NCBI GenBank assembly: GCA_963811105.1
Contig: CAWEPZ010000011.1
Span: 64,001 to 128,000, forward strand
DNA: 64,000 nucleotides
Source of the DNA: Candidatus Bathyarchaeota archaeon
GTDB lineage: Archaea; Thermoproteota; Bathyarchaeia; Bathyarchaeales; Bathycorpusculaceae
Reading direction: 5' to 3'
Shown in pieces: positions 31,323 to 42,710 of the stretch. The position numbers and the translations under genes were made by a program. Under the pieces are notes generated by a model that was not told the origin of the DNA, searched no databases, and saw nothing but the letters and a program-made list of their open reading frames with translations. Numbering within the stretch: the stretch's first letter is position 1; every line of letters starts with the position of its first letter.

Positions 31323-32074
31323 ACACTTCGCCCCGCCAACTTTAGCTCAACAACACATTTACGCCCGCTATATTGCTCGTTATCAACGGTAACCGGCTTA
31401 TCCAAGACCTCAGCAACCACAGAAGCAACGATTGAAGCAACCGGGCTGCCTAAGCTCTCATAAACCCACATTTTCTTGTATTCCAAACGCGGGTTAGAAA
31501 TTTCAACTCGAATTTTCTCTTCATCCATGGCCACTTTGGCGCCATCTGCCAAATTAATTTTGTTAACAAGAACAAGCGTAAGAGCTGCTTCTAAATCGCC
31601 TTCTGATGCATCAGATTTCGCTGTTACCATGCCTGCAACAGCCGATCCCGGTGTGGTAACTAACAAACCCATGTCTTCTGGGTTAGAACCATACTTAACA
31701 ATAAGCCGCTTGGGCAAAACTACGTTCCCAAGTTTAGGTGGATGAGGATTTGAATGCAATGGGATAAGAGCCTGTGGCTTCCCAGAAGTCATTGAAGATG
31801 GCAAATAGATTGCTTTTGACTTTAAGCCCAACTCTTCCACAATCGCGGAAATGTTTTCAATTCCAGACTGTAAGAGTATCTCGCTTGCTTCTGGGGTGAT
31901 TTTCGGCTGGCCTCTCCCTAGCGCAAGTGATATTGCGCCTAAAATGATAGTTGATAATCCAAGCGCTGTGATGGGGGTTGATTGTAGAATAATGAATGCC
32001 ATAACTGAAAGAGTTAAGCCTGATAAACTTAAGCAAACACCAAGAAGAGTGAATGAATTACTGATAGACTTCAT
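31319..32074 (-). CDS. Membrane protein, two TMs plus cytoplasmic domain
   Basis: 251-aa ORF; LGSPVASIVASVVAE; first gene of the coupled run into moxR. Confidence 0.75.
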   Translation of the reverse strand: MKSISNSFTLLGVCLSLSGLTLSVMAFIILQSTPITALGLSTIILGAISLALGRGQPKITPEASEILLQSGIENISAIVEELGLKSKAIYLPSSMTSGKPQALIPLHSNPHPPKLGNVVLPKRLIVKYGSNPEDMGLLVTTPGSAVAGMVTAKSDASEGDLEAALTLVLVNKINLADGAKVAMDEEKIRVEISNPRLEYKKMWVYESLGSPVASIVASVVAEVLDKPVTVDNEQYSGRKCVVELKLAGRSV

Positions 32075-32228
32075 TGTTTAGACCGTAGTTAAGTTAGGAT
32101 GCCCTCTGTTTCCACTCATATCTTAAGTAATCATTCATGCGTATCATGCTTTTAAATAAAGCTTAAAGCTTTTCCATAAAAAAGAATAACAGAAGAATTT
32201 TGGAGAAGTGCCAAAGTTACGGCAAGGT

Positions 32229-32903
32229 TTAGTTCAAACCCAGCTTGTAGTAACGGTATTTCCTTACAAGCGCACCAAACGCTAAAACTTCCGCAAAAAA
32301 TGCCAAAGACACCATAATTGGCGTTAATGTTATTCCCCATGGAGTATAGTTAAGCACTAGTCCTACAAGCGGCACAATCGCAAGACTCAACCCTATTGAC
32401 AAAGCCAACCTTTCCAGCTCATCTAACTCTTTGCCTCTTGGATAAAGCACTGAAATAAGCATGAATCCCGGCAAAAACAAAATAAAAATTCCGCCTAAAA
32501 CGTAGCGAAAATAAAGAAGCAAGGTACTATCAACAGTGAAAACAACTAGCATCGTAACAGCAACTAGAACGGTTGTACCCCAAAACCACATGCTCTCTAG
32601 ATTTAAAAGATAACTTGCTAAAGATGAAGAAGGCTTAGCTTCTGAAAGATCTAAAGTTCCTTTTTTCCATTCAACGTAGACTACTCTTGTAGCTTCTTTG
32701 AATTTAATGCCTTTCTTATTAACTAAATTCTCAACAAGTTCAGAGACAGTAGGCTGACCTAACGATTTAGCGGTTTCCAGAACAACTTTATCTAAATCGG
32801 CAACCAAGTCCCTACTTCCTCCATCAGAGCAACAACAATAGAGGTAATCCTTGTCAATTTTTATATATGTCTTATGCTTAGACATCGTTATTTCAGGGAA
32901 CAA
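32229..32903 (-). CDS. DUF1616-family integral membrane protein (true start probably TTG near 32805)
   Basis: LFLPGF..LYP..ELDELERLALSIGLSLAIVPLVGLVLNYTPWGI. Confidence 0.85.
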   Translation of the reverse strand: MFPEITMSKHKTYIKIDKDYLYCCCSDGGSRDLVADLDKVVLETAKSLGQPTVSELVENLVNKKGIKFKEATRVVYVEWKKGTLDLSEAKPSSSLASYLLNLESMWFWGTTVLVAVTMLVVFTVDSTLLLYFRYVLGGIFILFLPGFMLISVLYPRGKELDELERLALSIGLSLAIVPLVGLVLNYTPWGITLTPIMVSLAFFAEVLAFGALVRKYRYYKLGLN

Positions 32904-32912
32904 GATAGGGTA

Positions 32913-33888
32913 ATGAAAACTACAGCAAAACTAAGGATTATACTTCTGCTAATATTAATCACGGTTCCAGCAATAGCCCTAACCTGTGGTCAATCAGCAA
33001 TAACCAATACTGTTGCACAAAACGCAACCTACAACGCGTACAAAGCAATCGTCAAAGCCTCTATCGCAGGTGCTGACACAAATCAACTCATACAACAACT
33101 AAACCAAGCTGTAAACTTAACAGCCCAAGCCCAACAACTCATGACTACTAACTCCCAACAAGCCCAAGAACTAGCTGACCAAGCACAAACAATAGCTCAA
33201 AACGTTACACAGCAAGCAATAACAGCTCAACAATCAGCATCTAACATATTGCCAGCAATTGTTGTAATAACAGCTGTGATCTTAATAGCAGCAGGCATTC
33301 TGGTCTATGTATTTGGTCCAAAAGTTCTTTGGAGAATTTGGTTCAATCTTAGGAAGAACTATCGAGTAAAAACCAAAAATCCCTCAACAAATAATAAACC
33401 CTTAGTTATTACAGCAGAACAATTTTGCGCCGTAGTTTTAGGTATAACAATAATTATTGCGTTTTTTTCCTTTTCACAAATTATACTTCCGAAAAATCAA
33501 GGTGAACAATTCTCAGAATTAGGTGTCCTGGGGCCAAACATGAAGTTAGGTGACTATCCTTCTCAAGTGGTTGCTAGTGACACGCGTTAACCTATATGTT
33601 TATGTTGGCAACCAAATGGGAATTCCAATGTACTATACTGTTATGGTAAAACTTGGAAACAATGATACAGCTGTAAACCCAGCTTCCATAACTCCAATTC
33701 AACAGTTTAGCCAAGTATTGCCGAGCAATCAAACATGGACTTTTCCGGTAAACGTAACTTTAACTCAGCCTGGTTTAAATCAAAGAATAATATTTGAACT
33801 TTGGACGTACAATCAAACCCTAAACCAAAACCAATACGACCAAAGATGGAGCCAACTATGGCTCAACGTAACTGCACCAGCTAGTTAA
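32913..33888 (+). CDS. Helical domain-DUF1616 fusion protein (frameshift near 33585)
   Basis: AYKAIVKASIAGADTNQLIQQLN, then FSELGVLGP..GDYP, continuing in ORF 33550-33888 with RIIFELW. Confidence 0.8.
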
Positions 33889-34040
33889 CTCTGGCGATGC
33901 AAATTTGAAAGTAAGAAAAAGATTGAAACGAACGAGTCTATTATGGCAGGCGTTCTGAAAAAGTCGGTTTATATGACTCAGGTTTTCCAACCTACTTTTT
34001 TGCACCAGAAATCCTCGGTAAAAATGTTGAAGATAATCTG

Positions 34041-34718
34041 CTATTTGGATGTGATTTTTAACCATGCTTTTCTTTTTACAAAGATAAACGAGGTAAGGCT
34101 GGTTATGAGAAAGGTACCCATCGTTAAAGAGGCGGGAAAGGCCCACTCAAAATGTTGTGTTGTCCAAAGGCCAACAGATAGAAAAGCGTAAAACGAAACT
34201 AACCCCGTAATCAATTGAAGCAAATGAATTACTTTTCGTGCACTATAAGCCTTAGACTTTAAAGCTTTCAAGGCAAACTCGATTCTTTTCGACACATCAG
34301 GAAGGTCATCTAAGAGCAGGGTAAATCCGGCTAAGACAAAGAATTTCCCTGCATTAACCGCTACGCTTTGATTGTACACCAGAAAAAGATTGGATACAGA
34401 AACTGGTGTAAACGCCATTACAAAAACTACAGAAAATAGCAAGATAAGAAAGCCATAAACGTAATGATGAAACAAGAATCGTCCAGTGTGCAAAGTTCGT
34501 CCCAAACTTGCACTGGGAAAAATGTTCACGGTCGCTGCAATAATTACTAGGAAGAAAACACTTCCGTTAATAAGATAGGGTGAATACGGCTGCCAATATG
34601 GAAAAGCACGGTAATAATTAAACATGATTTGAGCTACAGAAGCTAAAGTTACGAGTGAATTAAGAACCAGTGATAGACTGAATATTTTCTTTGTGATTAC
34701 CCGAATAGAACCAACCAT
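34041..34718 (-). CDS. Multi-TM membrane protein
   Basis: About six hydrophobic segments; FLFHHYVYG and LLLDDLPD. Confidence 0.75.
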   Translation of the reverse strand: MVGSIRVITKKIFSLSLVLNSLVTLASVAQIMFNYYRAFPYWQPYSPYLINGSVFFLVIIAATVNIFPSASLGRTLHTGRFLFHHYVYGFLILLFSVVFVMAFTPVSVSNLFLVYNQSVAVNAGKFFVLAGFTLLLDDLPDVSKRIEFALKALKSKAYSARKVIHLLQLITGLVSFYAFLSVGLWTTQHFEWAFPASLTMGTFLITSLTSFIFVKRKAWLKITSK

Positions 34719-34902
34719 GCTGAACCCTTAGAAATTACTGCTTTAGATTTTTTATGAATTTATTATATTGCTTAGGCTATTTAATTAAATCAAGGTTTTG
34801 CAACGTTTGAAAATGCGTGCAGCCCCTTCTGGATTTTGGGGTAAAACACTCAGCTGCCAATCAACAAAGCTTTTGTATTCATCCGTCCAATGAAATCTGT
34901 CT

Positions 34903-36528
34903 GTGCAGGTATTGAACGTGCGCCTTGGATGGAAACTGCTCTTAGTCCTTTTGCCCGTGCTTGTAGCTGTGGCGCTTAGGATCTATCCTTATCTTTTGAC
35001 TGGTGCGCCATGGGGAGTAGACAGCTGGACGCTTATAAGAAACTCGAACCAGCTACTTTCATATTCTCCAATTCCGCTTGTGGGCAACCCGATCTTTGAT
35101 ACCTACAACATTTGTTGGCCAGCCGTAACCATCTTTGGCTCTGTGGCGTCTCTGGTTTTCGGTGTTTTGCCTTTGAATTTGATGCCGTTCTTAATTCCTC
35201 TTGTAGGCTCGTTAACCACGTTCTTTCTTTTTGTGGTGGTCAAAAAGTTAACGGGTAATTTTCTGCTTGCGTCGGTAGCGGCGACTTTTTTTGCAGCTGC
35301 ATCGTTTGATTCAATATTCACGGCGTCTGTGACGAAGGAGACCTTTGCGCTTCCCCTCTTTATGATTGGCGTGTTGCTGCTTCTCAGAAAAGGGAAAATG
35401 CCCAACTTAATTATTTTCTCAGTTGTTTCGCTGGGTATAATTATGTCGCACTTTGCTTTAGCGTTCATTCTTTTCCTTTTGGCGGCTGAAGTTTCTGTCG
35501 TTCCTTTGTTGATGCGGCCCCGCGGTGAGAGAAATCAACCTGAAAAGCTGCTTTACCCAACAATAATGGGACTCGTTGGACTTGCTTATTATTTCATCTA
35601 CCTTAACGCAAGCCCAGTGGGTATAACTTTTACATTGGGCGATGGTTTATCTTTGTTTGCTTTCCTCAGTCTTTTGGCTGGGTTTCAGGTAGGTTTTCAA
35701 CCGCGTCCTGGAAAAAAAAATTCGTCAAAACGCTGGGCAATTCCAGTAATCGCAATAGCTATTACTTTCGCTCTTCTTGTGGTTGGAACAAGAACTGCAA
35801 TCCTTCCATTTGCCCCTACACTTACAGCGGATCTAGTGATAGATGCGGCACCATACCTTGTGGTTGGTATGATGGCAGCGGTGGGGTACCTGTTGCTTAA
35901 ACAATCAGAGAACCCATCATATGGGTTTCTGTCGCTCTGGCTTGGCGTCCCCTTGGTTTTGGTAGCTTTTTCCGTCTTCGGAGCAGGTCAAGGCATAGGA
36001 TTAGTCTACAGGCTCTTCACATTTCTTTTCATGCCACTTGGAGTGTTCGCGGCTTTCGCCTTGATAAGATTCGTCAAAGGAGGCAGCAGAATTCGTCATG
36101 CCACCAAGATTTCTGTAGCTGTTGCTTTTCTGTGTGTGATGGTTTTTGCGCTCTCTTTCCAAAGTTATTCCGCGGTTGCAGAACATAATAACTTTCTGGG
36201 CGGTGAGTGGGGGTTTAAGCAGTCGGATTTGTCTGCATCCCGCTGGGTTAATTCCACCCTTCCGTCAAACACAACCTTCTTGGGGGACTCTAAAGTTTAC
36301 GGGCTTTTCGGCTACTTCGGGCTTAAACCAAATATATACTATGGATATGCCTATCTAACTGGCGTTTCAACCTGGAATGGTGAACCACTCTTCACGTATT
36401 CCCTTATGTCTAAAAACGGTTACGACCTTGCTCTTTATGGTGAACCCTTACCCGTTGACTGGTCCACTAAACTGAGCAACAGCATGTCGCTTGTCTACTC
36501 AAACGGGAACGATAAACTTTGGGTTTAG
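34903..36528 (+). CDS. Polytopic membrane protein, GT-C-fold glycosyltransferase-like
   Basis: About 13 TMs; acidic first loop GVDSW; VTKET; soluble C-terminal domain ending LVYSNG. Confidence 0.7.
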   Translation: MQVLNVRLGWKLLLVLLPVLVAVALRIYPYLLTGAPWGVDSWTLIRNSNQLLSYSPIPLVGNPIFDTYNICWPAVTIFGSVASLVFGVLPLNLMPFLIPLVGSLTTFFLFVVVKKLTGNFLLASVAATFFAAASFDSIFTASVTKETFALPLFMIGVLLLLRKGKMPNLIIFSVVSLGIIMSHFALAFILFLLAAEVSVVPLLMRPRGERNQPEKLLYPTIMGLVGLAYYFIYLNASPVGITFTLGDGLSLFAFLSLLAGFQVGFQPRPGKKNSSKRWAIPVIAIAITFALLVVGTRTAILPFAPTLTADLVIDAAPYLVVGMMAAVGYLLLKQSENPSYGFLSLWLGVPLVLVAFSVFGAGQGIGLVYRLFTFLFMPLGVFAAFALIRFVKGGSRIRHATKISVAVAFLCVMVFALSFQSYSAVAEHNNFLGGEWGFKQSDLSASRWVNSTLPSNTTFLGDSKVYGLFGYFGLKPNIYYGYAYLTGVSTWNGEPLFTYSLMSKNGYDLALYGEPLPVDWSTKLSNSMSLVYSNGNDKLWV

Positions 36529-36628
36529 GTGCTGCCTCGAAAGTATGTCGTAGATTAATTTCCTTTTCAAGGCAACAGCTAATAAGTTAAGAACAAGAAT
36601 AATCCGTTCAGAAAAGTGAAACATAGTC

Positions 36629-37207
36629 ATGTCTTCGCTTGCATTCCGCCTTTGCATAGGTCGATCTAACGACTTCATAAAGCAGATCCTGACCCTAGCC
36701 GCTATCGTTGGCTTAATCACAAGTGGATTATCCATAAGCAACATGGCGTACAGTTTTTTTAATACCGGAACCGCATCAAGATTCGAAGTCGTAACTTCGA
36801 GCCTTCTAATTGAATTAACAACCATTTTTTGGGTTTGGCTTGTTGCAGCTTGGTCTCTTCTCGCTGTGTCTTCATACATTGTTGGTCTTCAGTCCATACG
36901 TTCCATGATTCCGACAATGAGTATCCTCTGGCAAACAGGCTCTTCAAAAAAGATGTATCGAACAATGATTTTACTCCGTTTACTGCTTCTTGCAACATTA
37001 AGCTGGCTCTTCGGCTGGACCGGCGGACTTGTCGCATCCCAAATGTCGTACAGACTTGCCGCATACGCAATAAAGGCGCCATATGCAATTCCAACTCTAC
37101 AGCTCATGGATCTGGTAAACCTTCTCGCCCTCACCTTCGCAGCTGTGTTCGCAGGCGGCTTATATTTTGTAATCAAAACAAGAAAACTCGATGAATCAGG
37201 AGAATAA
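36629..37207 (+). CDS. FtsX-like ABC permease subunit
   Basis: Four TMs; ILWQTGSSKK resembles the FtsX motif; precedes a second permease. Confidence 0.6.
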   Translation: MSSLAFRLCIGRSNDFIKQILTLAAIVGLITSGLSISNMAYSFFNTGTASRFEVVTSSLLIELTTIFWVWLVAAWSLLAVSSYIVGLQSIRSMIPTMSILWQTGSSKKMYRTMILLRLLLLATLSWLFGWTGGLVASQMSYRLAAYAIKAPYAIPTLQLMDLVNLLALTFAAVFAGGLYFVIKTRKLDESGE

Positions 37208-37215
37208 ATGACGGC

Positions 37216-38397
37216 ATGATTCGTTTCTTCCTTCGGCTTCTATCAAAACGCGCTCTGATTCCCTTTGCAATCTGCGTGCTTACCGTTGCCGCCGTAACTT
37301 CGACTACAGGCCTGCTCTTAATGGGAGCTTTATCAACTGTACCATATTCAATCGGCGAGCGCAATAATGTAATCGCGCTTTATTCAAACAGCTCACAACT
37401 GCCCCAAACAAGTCTAATCCCAATCCAATTGGCTTCAAATCTGAGCAGTGTACAGGGGGTTCAAATCGTAAGCCCTGAAGCTCTCGCCACAGTTGCAGTT
37501 GACGGCCAAATTGTCTACCTCAGAGGCATGAATATGAGCCTCTTAAGGGATTTAGACAGCTCGACACTGATTACAGGTGCATGGCCTAATAATCAAGTGG
37601 GCAGTAGCGCTATGGTTGGTCAGCGGTTAGCAAACCGTCTCCATCTGACTGCGGGTGAAAACATTACAATTCAATCCTCATTCGGAAACTTTTCCAGCCC
37701 TCTGACTCTATCTGGAGTTTTCAGCACCAACGATGCGCTCAACGATGAACTTATCGCTCAGCTCCCAATAGGACAGATGATGCGTTTATCAACGAACAGC
37801 TATGTTTCCATCATAAGAATGAAAGTGGACCCCAGCATGTTCCATTTCAGCTCCGTACAGAGCCTTCTTGGAGGCAGCGAAACAAATAGCACCTCAAGCA
37901 CAAGCAGTGCTTTGCAGAATTTTCCCATAACAAGTATCACAAATATCGGTCAGTACTTGGTCGGTAATCCCCTTGAAGCCATGGGTCAAATACTTTCAAG
38001 AAGCATCGGTTTATCCGAAACCGCCCTCTGGGCTCTCTTTCTCGTAGTTTTCACAGCTTCGATTCTCTCACTTTACTACAGTTTGGCGTGGGGTGTCAAA
38101 GAGAACATATGTCTATTCTCAGTAATCTCTGAGCTCGGCATGACCAGGCGAGGAAAGGTTGGTTTATTCTCTGCCTTCGCCGCAACTCTCGCGATTATCT
38201 TCGGTGTCTTGGGGTATTCTTTGGCGAACGTGATGTTACTGATATTCACAAATATGGGTGATTTGCAGGTTCTGTTTCATACAATGGTCGTAACTTTCAA
38301 TCCGTTGGTTCTCTTATTTTCCGTTGCACTTATCGTTTCAACAGTTTTGGCTAGTATTTGGAAGATTAACTTTGCTGAGACACCTGAAGAAATATGA
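37216..38397 (+). CDS. ABC permease (MacB/LolE/FtsX family)
   Basis: TM1, extracytoplasmic VQGVQIVSPE..AMVGQRLANRL..GENITI, ELGMTR and three TMs. Confidence 0.8.
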   Translation: MIRFFLRLLSKRALIPFAICVLTVAAVTSTTGLLLMGALSTVPYSIGERNNVIALYSNSSQLPQTSLIPIQLASNLSSVQGVQIVSPEALATVAVDGQIVYLRGMNMSLLRDLDSSTLITGAWPNNQVGSSAMVGQRLANRLHLTAGENITIQSSFGNFSSPLTLSGVFSTNDALNDELIAQLPIGQMMRLSTNSYVSIIRMKVDPSMFHFSSVQSLLGGSETNSTSSTSSALQNFPITSITNIGQYLVGNPLEAMGQILSRSIGLSETALWALFLVVFTASILSLYYSLAWGVKENICLFSVISELGMTRRGKVGLFSAFAATLAIIFGVLGYSLANVMLLIFTNMGDLQVLFHTMVVTFNPLVLLFSVALIVSTVLASIWKINFAETPEEI

Positions 38398-38428
38398 CGC
38401 CATAAGCCCGAGCGGATTTTTCCGAAGT

Positions 38429-39097
38429 CTATTCTTTGATTTCTAAAGTTCCATGTGAGAGATGATATTGGGTTCTAGCCACAGCCGACTCCTCAAGACT
38501 GGTCGTTGTCATTAAGATGGATGTGCCGAACTCCTTGTTTAACCGCCTAAAAAGGTCGAATAAGATCTCCGCGTTGTCCTCGTCCAGATGCGCCGTGGGT
38601 TCATCAGCTAGTATCAACGCAGGCTGATTCGCTAAAGCTCTAAGCACAGCAACTCTTTGTTGCTCTCCAAGGCTCATTTGATGAGGAAACCTATCCGCGA
38701 GGCTCTTTAGGCCAAACTTATTGAGCAGTTCCAAAGCTCTTTCCTTCCTTTTAGCAGTGTTAACCTTTTTCAGCCAAAGAGGCACTTCGATATTTTCCGT
38801 GGCAGTTATGTGGGGTATCAAATTGAGGGATTGAAAAACAAACCCAATCTTCTCAAGTCTAAGTTTTGCACGCTGCTTCTCACTTAAATCGTTTGTAGCT
38901 TGACCAAAAAGATACAGTTCTCCTCGATCCATCTTCTCTAGGAGACCTACGATCCTAAGAAGAGTGGATTTTCCTGCGCCAGAGCGTCCCTGTATTGAAA
39001 CGAAATCGGCTTCGTCGAAAGTAAGGTGCACGCTCCTGAGAACGAATTGCTCGTCAACGTAAGTCTTCCAAATGTCTTTTGCTACCAAAATCGCCAA
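38429..39097 (-). CDS. ABC transporter ATP-binding protein (LolD-like)
   Basis: GRSGAGKST, IGFVFQ, MSLGEQQRV and ILADEPT. Confidence 0.92.
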   Translation of the reverse strand: MAILVAKDIWKTYVDEQFVLRSVHLTFDEADFVSIQGRSGAGKSTLLRIVGLLEKMDRGELYLFGQATNDLSEKQRAKLRLEKIGFVFQSLNLIPHITATENIEVPLWLKKVNTAKRKERALELLNKFGLKSLADRFPHQMSLGEQQRVAVLRALANQPALILADEPTAHLDEDNAEILFDLFRRLNKEFGTSILMTTTSLEESAVARTQYHLSHGTLEIKE

Positions 39098-39577
39098 CTA
39101 AGTGCCTCCCAAAGATACATTTCCGTTTTCTCCACTGACGTCTATCAGTTCTCGAATCGCCACAGCCCTTTATAAAATTTAGGCAAGAACATCACAGTAG
39201 CGCGATTTTGAGCACAAGCCAATGACCCAGCAGTACTTTATGAGATTAACCTGCGATGAGTACTCAAAAAATGTTAGTTTATTGGGCAATTTTGGCAAAT
39301 TTGGAGGTGAAACAAAGCCTGGACGACGAAAACTTTGGCCTATTTCTATTTATACTCAGCAACCGTTTTTTTTAAAAAATTGAGAAAATGTTGATTTCTA
39401 CCTCCATTAGTAATCTAAATATAAACTGTAAAAATCCTTTTTCCTTTTTCTGTTGAATTTACTTCTTCAATCTATTGTGTCAAGATTCTTGGGTATGCCA
39501 TTGGAGTTTCAGATCAAACTTCTTTTTTGTTAAGAAGACACAAAGAAAGTTAAGTAAAACCTTAACTATATTATGTA

Positions 39578-39835
39578 TTAATCTTTAAAAGAACGCAAAA
39601 TTACATATCCGTTTTGTTCTTTCATATACAGCTGATATCTTTTCAATATTCCGTTTATGATATCTCTTGAAACGTTGTCTAATTCGCATTTCATCTTTAT
39701 CTCATAGCCACCAGTTAGTACATGAGATACCTGTGAACCGTCAATGGAAACGCAGTTCATAACCAACGATTTATTTAAGGCATCACGAATCTCGCTCAAC
39801 ACTGCTAAAGCTTCCGTCTTGTTCATAAAGAACAC
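39578..39835 (-). CDS. Hypothetical protein
   Basis: 85-aa ORF with protein-like composition (MNKTEALAVLSEI). Confidence 0.55.
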   Translation of the reverse strand: MFFMNKTEALAVLSEIRDALNKSLVMNCVSIDGSQVSHVLTGGYEIKMKCELDNVSRDIINGILKRYQLYMKEQNGYVILRSFKD

Positions 39836-40587
39836 ACGTCATATATCTACAACAGGTTGTACTAATAATTTATGCAGGACCCTATTCACAAGATTCAAAG
39901 AATTCATTTTGTTTCAGTGTGATCGGGTTATTTTCGACACAAAATACTCTACTATTGTAAACTTTGTAAACCACACAAAAGTTAAACAAAACTCAACTCA
40001 CTTATGTTCTTTAAATATTAATCGTTTTGTGTCGTCAAGATTATGCGCGTTTTAGTTTCTCGGGAAAGTGCTCAAGTGTTTCTGCAGCTTCTTTTGAGAA
40101 CCATATAGTGGTTGTTTCGTTCATTAGTTTCCTCTAAACAGGCTCTTGTGTACATGGTGACAGAATATCTTATTTTATAAGCTTTGATAGTTCAAGATTC
40201 CCCTCAGGACCAATTGTCTAAAAAATGTGTGGATGAACCACATCAAACCTTTACGATGAAACCATCGAAACTACTCAAAAGCTTGTTCAGCCAAATCGCC
40301 ATGAACAAGAAAGTGGCACTATCACTAACCTCAATAAACTGTGCGCAAGAATAGTAAATGAATCTTTTCTATTTTTTTCGGGTTTTCTTTAATGCTTTGA
40401 TTAAAGGTTGTGAATAGTCATCTTGAACTTCAATTTCTGAAAGCGGGACCTTAGCTTTTTTTTTCATACGTAAACACTCATGATAATGATTTGTTTTTCG
40501 TAAATAAGAACGATATTTCCAACTTCAGAATATTCTAATTGTGAATGATCGATAAATTCAAAGAGAGTAAATGCAAAGTTGCTGGCG

Positions 40588-41259
40588 TTAGGAATTGCTT
40601 GAGTGCCGGTAGCGCCTTTTCGTCAACTCGGCCTCCTTGATGAATGCAATAGTTATGGATGCTATGAACAAGATCATCAGTAAGATTTGCCCAACCGATA
40701 TAGCCTCAATTTCAAGCTTGGAGAATCCATACGTCACTAGTTGCTCTAGCTCAGGTGTTTTAGCAGCAAGCCAAGTCAGAGAAGTAATCGAAACCAATGG
40801 GGCAACCATCAAGAGGTTTAACCGCTGTCCGCTTAGCATCCTGCGGAGGTCTCCGTTCCGCGACATAAGCAGAAGCGTCAACACGAAAGCGCCAGATTCC
40901 AGAATTGCATCGGCCAATGAGGGCATGCCAAATTTCAGTCCAACCGAGATGTTGCTTAGCGGCAAAATAATGGGGACGCTGCTTACTAAGAAGTCCCCGA
41001 TCAAGAGATGCGACAAAATACCAGCTACGTATGGCAGAGACTTTCTGTTCCATAATACTATAACAATGGCCACGGGAGCCCACAGAAGAAGAGAGTGAGT
41101 GTACGTGTGATGAACCAGACCTAATCCCTGAAACAAAATATCATAGTCAGGGACAACCCCGACTGTGAAGGCAAGCCATAGCGAAAGCTTTTCCTTTCTC
41201 CACTTAGCGAAACCCCACGCAACGAGGTAACCTATTGCTATGTGACCAAGAAGATACAT
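40588..41259 (-). CDS. Membrane-bound metal-dependent hydrolase (YdjM-like)
   Basis: GH, PDYD, HHTYTHS and SHLLIGD motifs. Confidence 0.85.
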   Translation of the reverse strand: MYLLGHIAIGYLVAWGFAKWRKEKLSLWLAFTVGVVPDYDILFQGLGLVHHTYTHSLLLWAPVAIVIVLWNRKSLPYVAGILSHLLIGDFLVSSVPIILPLSNISVGLKFGMPSLADAILESGAFVLTLLLMSRNGDLRRMLSGQRLNLLMVAPLVSITSLTWLAAKTPELEQLVTYGFSKLEIEAISVGQILLMILFIASITIAFIKEAELTKRRYRHSSNS

Positions 41260-41697
41260 TGTGTCTTAGTTTGCTGCCCCGCCAAATAAACATTTAACCG
41301 AATAGAGGAAGTTGACATTCAGCTGATTTAGAAGACAGCAAAGAAAACTCTAAAACGGTTGCCTATTGCCAGAGTTTTTTTTTTTTGTGTATTTTTGCTT
41401 CTTTATTTATGAAATCAGCTTCTTAAATTGTTGGTTCGTTAAGGGCCTTATGAATAACTTGAGTGAATTGGATGAATTGTCCGTAACATCTTCAATTTTT
41501 GGTTCTGATTCAAAACGCTCTTCTATAAGCCTGACAGAAACCAAAATAAAGCTATTCTAACGTTCTATTAAGATTTTCTCCATAGAATATGACTGATTTA
41601 AGTATTGAGTCTTAATAAAATCTTAAATACTACTTCAAACTACGTTATTGGCAGTATTGGGTTTCTCCTTAAGGCAGATGAATGAAAACTGTCCGAC

Positions 41698-42516
41698 TTG
41701 GACAAGATAAATCTGTTACTGAGCCTGGGTTTGAGTCCTAATCAAGCAAAAGTATATCAATCCATCCTAAAATTAGGCAACGCTACAGCTATTCAAATGG
41801 CGGAATCTTCTTCGGTATATAGAGAAGATATCTACAAGGTTTTGCCGGCGCTTGAAAAGTTGGGTTTAGTAGAAAAGTTGCTCGGCAAACCAGCCATATT
41901 TCGGGCTACGCCTGTTGACGGTGCTTTGTCTTCTTTAATAGTTGACGAAAAAGTCAAATCTGATGAGAGAATAGCCTCAATGAAAGCGAAATTCAAAAAA
42001 ATATCTGAGGCGAAGTGGGTACTGCCTATTCATGTGGGCAACGATAAAAGTCTCTACGCTTTAATACCCGAAGGAAAACCTTTAATCGCTAAATTAGCCA
42101 GCTTAACCGCTAGCTCTAGGACTGATATTTTCTGGATGGCTACCCTGAATGAAATCTGTCACGTCATAACTCTAATTTTCGATGAAATCAAAAGAGCATC
42201 TCACAGGGGAGTGGCATTTAAGGTGATCATTGAGAATTTCGACGCTGATAAATCACAAAGAAAACAAGTGCAACATATCATAGACATCGATTCGGCCAAT
42301 ATTAGGGTTAACCATCAAACTCTAAATCGGTTCCTTGTTTTTGACAACAGAGAAGCAATGATTCCCACCACCGGAAAAAGCACATCTGAAGCTAATTCAG
42401 CATTGTGGACAACCGACACCAACCTTATCGGCGTTCTGAGAGGATACTTTGAGACCTCCTGGAGTGAATCCGAAGAACTAAAGCAAATCAATAACACCGA
42501 AGTAACTCAGCCTTAA
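41698..42516 (+). CDS. TrmB-family transcriptional regulator
   Basis: LGLSPNQAKVY, IYKVLPALEKLGLVE..PAIFRA, FLVFDNRE and YFETSW. Confidence 0.88.
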   Translation: MDKINLLLSLGLSPNQAKVYQSILKLGNATAIQMAESSSVYREDIYKVLPALEKLGLVEKLLGKPAIFRATPVDGALSSLIVDEKVKSDERIASMKAKFKKISEAKWVLPIHVGNDKSLYALIPEGKPLIAKLASLTASSRTDIFWMATLNEICHVITLIFDEIKRASHRGVAFKVIIENFDADKSQRKQVQHIIDIDSANIRVNHQTLNRFLVFDNREAMIPTTGKSTSEANSALWTTDTNLIGVLRGYFETSWSESEELKQINNTEVTQP

Positions 42517-42710
42517 CAAAACAATTCACAAACAGCAAGTGAGTATTGCAGGGTTTTGGTAGTTACCTTTTATTTCGCTTCAAACAAATTCGATTTCTTG
42601 TAAAGTTTGTCAACATCAAACCGGCAGAAAGTGTGCTTCACTTCTATCTAAGAAATACTGAGGTCTTACCAATACTTTATCATGAAATCTGTGAGAATTA
42701 GCAATATTCT

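Noticed and set aside
39220-39370. Possible C/D-box sRNA or micro-ORF after GGAGGTGA
   Set aside because: No proper C and D box pair; the frame is only about 18 codons.
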